In this document: one piece after another, positions 27,508-29,686 of the stretch
Layout: each line of letters starts with the position of its first letter
Position numbering within the stretch: position 1 is the first letter of the stretch
From: Candidatus Micrarchaeota archaeon
GTDB lineage: Archaea > Micrarchaeota > Micrarchaeia > Norongarragalinales > Norongarragalinaceae
Assembly: GCA_037444485.1 (NCBI GenBank)
Contig: JBBIMI010000011.1
Location: 1 to 29,686, forward strand
Direction of reading: 5' to 3'
DNA: 29,686 nucleotides
Notes under the pieces: generated by a model
Database searches by the model: none
Told to the model about the DNA's origin: nothing
The model's input: the letters and a program-made list of their open reading frames with translations, nothing else
Program-made: the position numbers and the translations under genes

Positions 27508-29217
27508 TTGGTTAGAAAGAGGAATGCGCAAGCAAAACAGATAAAATTATCCATTAAACTACGTTTTAAACCAAACCCAGAACAAGCAAAAGGAATATTG
27601 AAGTATCTTGAAAATTATAAACACATTTTTAACGTGGCGTCTAAGCGCATAAGTGAAATCAGGAGTCCATGGGCAGACATAGACGCGCAGATAAATTGCG
27701 ATAAGTGCAAAATAGAGAGTCCTAGAAATAATAAACAAAATTTGCGCACAGGGGAAAAAAGATGCCCAAAATGCTATAATTATGAATTCGGCAATCAATT
27801 CATACGAAAACTTGTTTTGCCTTCTCGTAGAAAGTCGGATATCACTAAACCCGTAGATCGGATCTTGCGGTTGACACCACAAAAGCTTGATTATTACGCG
27901 TTAGTCGATCACGCAATAAACCACTACGAATCATTTAAAGAACAGATTAAACAGCGAAAGAGAGTGCTTAAGAGATTCCGACTGAGATTGAACAGGTTTG
28001 AACAAATTTTAGAGGGTATAGGCTCGCCAAAGGTTGTAGAAATACTGCCTACTGGAAAAAAAAGGGTTTCTCGTTATCAGCTCAGAGAAAACTTTGAAAA
28101 AGGATTCAAAAGAGGTTACACTTTAAATGAATTGCAAAATAAAGTAATTAGCCTGAACGAAGATATAGAACGCAAGCAAAAGTCACTCAAAAGAAGCGCA
28201 ACACCACAACTCAAAAAGTTAATCGCAAAATTGTGGCAGGGTAAAGCAAAATTCGATTTTTCACAAGAGTCAGCACCGCGTTTGAGTCTAGAAATTGGTG
28301 GAGAAAAGTATGAAGACATGCCGATCGTTGTTAAGGACATTGTAAGCGAGACGAGTAGGAAGAGGGTTGAAGATGCACTTTCCACTATAAAGGAAGAATA
28401 CTTCAAAAACAAAGAAATTTCAGAATATGCTTACTTCTTTGCAAAACCGTCGCGAAAAAATCTTTCAGAAAGAGAGAAAACCCCAAGCAATTATGAATTT
28501 TATCTTCAATACACTTTTACGCCCAAAATCGAAGAAGAGTATATCCCTGAAACAGTTTTGGGTATAGATCTTGGAATAAAACATCCAGTTGTTTATTCTC
28601 TAGAAAAATTGCCAACATCTCCATCTCAGAAACCTATAGAAGTAAAGTTTGATCCAAGACCTGAAAATGTTCGGGGGGCAGATGTTATAAAAAAATTTCT
28701 AGAAAAAAAGAACCGAAGAGGAAACTATTTGTGGCGAATAGCGCCACGCAATAGAAAGGGAGAAGGCATTAAAAGAAAAAGTAATCGCCTTAAGTCGCTT
28801 CGTTCGATAACGAATTATGAGAATTGGTTTTTTCACAACATTTCAAAAAATTTGGTTAATTTAGCAAAATCAAAAAAAGCGCTTATAGCTATGGAAAATC
28901 TCGAAGGGATACGGCGCCGCATCCGGTATACGGGTAAGGAAAACCGTAGAGTGTTGTCGCTATTTACGCAAAAAAAGCTTCGAGATCTAATTAAATATAA
29001 AGCAAAACTGGCTGGTGTGCCATTCATTGAAGTACCGCCCGCTGAAACGAGCAAAAGGTGCTATGTCTGCGAAAAAGAAGGTGAAAGACCATACGAAGGA
29101 AATAGTGAACTATTTCACTGCAAAGAGTGCAATAAGACATTCAATGCGAACTATAATGCGAGCCGCAACATAGCAGCAAAAGGTTTTAAAATCTGGTCAG
29201 TACATAACAAGAAATAG
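27508..29217 (+). CDS. cas12f: Type V-F miniature effector Cas12f2 (Cas14b-like), 569 aa
   Basis: RuvC-I GIDLG (D354), RuvC-II AMENL (E463), YKAK..GV....VPP..TSK.C..C / C..C zinc finger, RuvC-III NANYNASRNIA; N-terminal CxxC..CxxC; segments I recall from Cas14b proteins (RGY.L, YAY..F.LQYT, F..KKL.DL..YKA, RP..GNS.LF.C); context of cas1/2/4 plus array; GAGGT RBS plus TTG. Confidence 0.92.
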   Translation: MVRKRNAQAKQIKLSIKLRFKPNPEQAKGILKYLENYKHIFNVASKRISEIRSPWADIDAQINCDKCKIESPRNNKQNLRTGEKRCPKCYNYEFGNQFIRKLVLPSRRKSDITKPVDRILRLTPQKLDYYALVDHAINHYESFKEQIKQRKRVLKRFRLRLNRFEQILEGIGSPKVVEILPTGKKRVSRYQLRENFEKGFKRGYTLNELQNKVISLNEDIERKQKSLKRSATPQLKKLIAKLWQGKAKFDFSQESAPRLSLEIGGEKYEDMPIVVKDIVSETSRKRVEDALSTIKEEYFKNKEISEYAYFFAKPSRKNLSEREKTPSNYEFYLQYTFTPKIEEEYIPETVLGIDLGIKHPVVYSLEKLPTSPSQKPIEVKFDPRPENVRGADVIKKFLEKKNRRGNYLWRIAPRNRKGEGIKRKSNRLKSLRSITNYENWFFHNISKNLVNLAKSKKALIAMENLEGIRRRIRYTGKENRRVLSLFTQKKLRDLIKYKAKLAGVPFIEVPPAETSKRCYVCEKEGERPYEGNSELFHCKECNKTFNANYNASRNIAAKGFKIWSVHNKK

Positions 29218-29219
29218 GC

Positions 29220-29240
29220 AAACTTGACCTTGTCAAGTTT
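29220..29240 (+). terminator. Perfect 9-bp inverted repeat right after the effector stop (terminator or processing hairpin)
   Basis: AAACTTGAC-CTT-GTCAAGTTT. Confidence 0.45.
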
Positions 29241-29254
29241 TCGGCTTAGTTATA

Positions 29255-29480
29255 CTCACTTTGTGAGGTCTAGTCAAGAGCAATCTTCGGACCCTACTTA
29301 GACTAGACGACCTCCACTGCAGAGGTCAAGGCTGTGAAAAACAGTCTGCATGGGCGCAATGATAAGCTTAGGGCCAGCGTAAGCTGCTACCGAAAGCGTC
29401 CCTAAAGGAACGTTAAGAGAAATTTTCTCTAAACGTGGACGCGCCCAATCCTAGTTAAGGTTCAACCAGCTCCGCAAGTA
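29255..29480 (+). ncRNA. Putative tracrRNA of the Cas12f2 system
   Basis: Dense hairpins, including GNRA-loop stems, plus anti-repeat 29447-29478 matching the repeat reverse complement ungapped at 20/32 and a separate TGCAT at 29347-29351; ends approximate. Confidence 0.78.
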
Positions 29481-29578
29481 TTTATTAATGAGTTTGTAAA
29501 AATGCCAGTTACATTAAATCACCTTCTAAACAACCGTTCTTAGGCTTCCGTTAGTCGAAAGGAGAAATTTTTTTGCCT
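29481..29578 (+). promoter_or_regulatory. CRISPR leader
   Basis: Non-coding ~100 bp between the anti-repeat and the first repeat; AT-rich with TTTATTAA TATA-like box. Confidence 0.6.
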
Positions 29579-29686
29579 GTTGCGGCGCGCGAATAAACGA
29601 GACTAGGAATGCAACATAAATTCCAGTTTTCCTTTGGAAATCTCGTTTTCAAGTTGCGGCGCGCGAATAAACGAGACTAGGAATGC
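29579..29686 (+). CRISPR. Start of CRISPR array: 37-bp repeat GTTGCGGCGCGCGAATAAACGAGACTAGGAATGCAAC, one 37-bp spacer, second repeat cut by window end
   Basis: Repeat 29579-29615, spacer 29616-29652, identical repeat 29653-29686 (34 nt visible); GTTGC...GCAAC termini and GGAATGCAAC 3' end typical of archaeal Cas14 repeats. Confidence 0.93.

Noticed and set aside
27508..29217. Calling the effector a transposon TnpB
   Set aside because: Larger than typical TnpB, no tnpA or element ends around it, and embedded between cas4 and a tracrRNA/array
29401..29408. CCTAAAGG in the tracrRNA equals the core of the mini-element right hairpin
   Set aside because: Only 8 nt and the flanks do not match; chance is sufficient
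1..29686. tRNA or rRNA genes
   Set aside because: No cloverleaf with T-loop consensus or rRNA-like segment recognised; the GC hairpins belong to the mini-elements or the tracrRNA

Overview
Archaeal genomic window, most likely DPANN (Micrarchaeota-like). That assignment is inferred from archaeal-type PheS/PheT, GGTG/GAGGT ribosome-binding sites with many TTG/GTG starts, and a Cas14-type locus. The first 25.5 kb holds housekeeping and envelope genes: DUF1405 protein, alpha/beta hydrolase lipoprotein, DsbA-like protein, glutaredoxin, a 1324-aa membrane-anchored protein, pheT/pheS, adenosine-specific-kinase family protein, divergent GPN-like GTPase, CoA-binding protein, orphan N4-C methyltransferase, nitroreductase, membrane ArsR/wHTH, a lone receiver domain, glnA and an SPFH protein. 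These are separated by low-complexity A/T-rich spacers full of short tandem duplications. Five copies of a ~185-250 bp non-coding element with IS200/IS605-like terminal hairpins are scattered through the spacers. The right end is a type V-F CRISPR locus: cas1-cas2-cas4-cas12f2 (Cas14b-like, 569 aa), a structured tracrRNA candidate with a split anti-repeat, a leader and the start of a 37-bp-repeat array. Most notable: the effector has Asn instead of the catalytic Asp in RuvC-III (NANYNAS), and Cas4 also has altered nuclease motifs, while Cas1/Cas2, tracrRNA and array look intact. This suggests a possibly nuclease-attenuated, binding-type V-F system. All family assignments come from motif recognition by eye; no searches were run.
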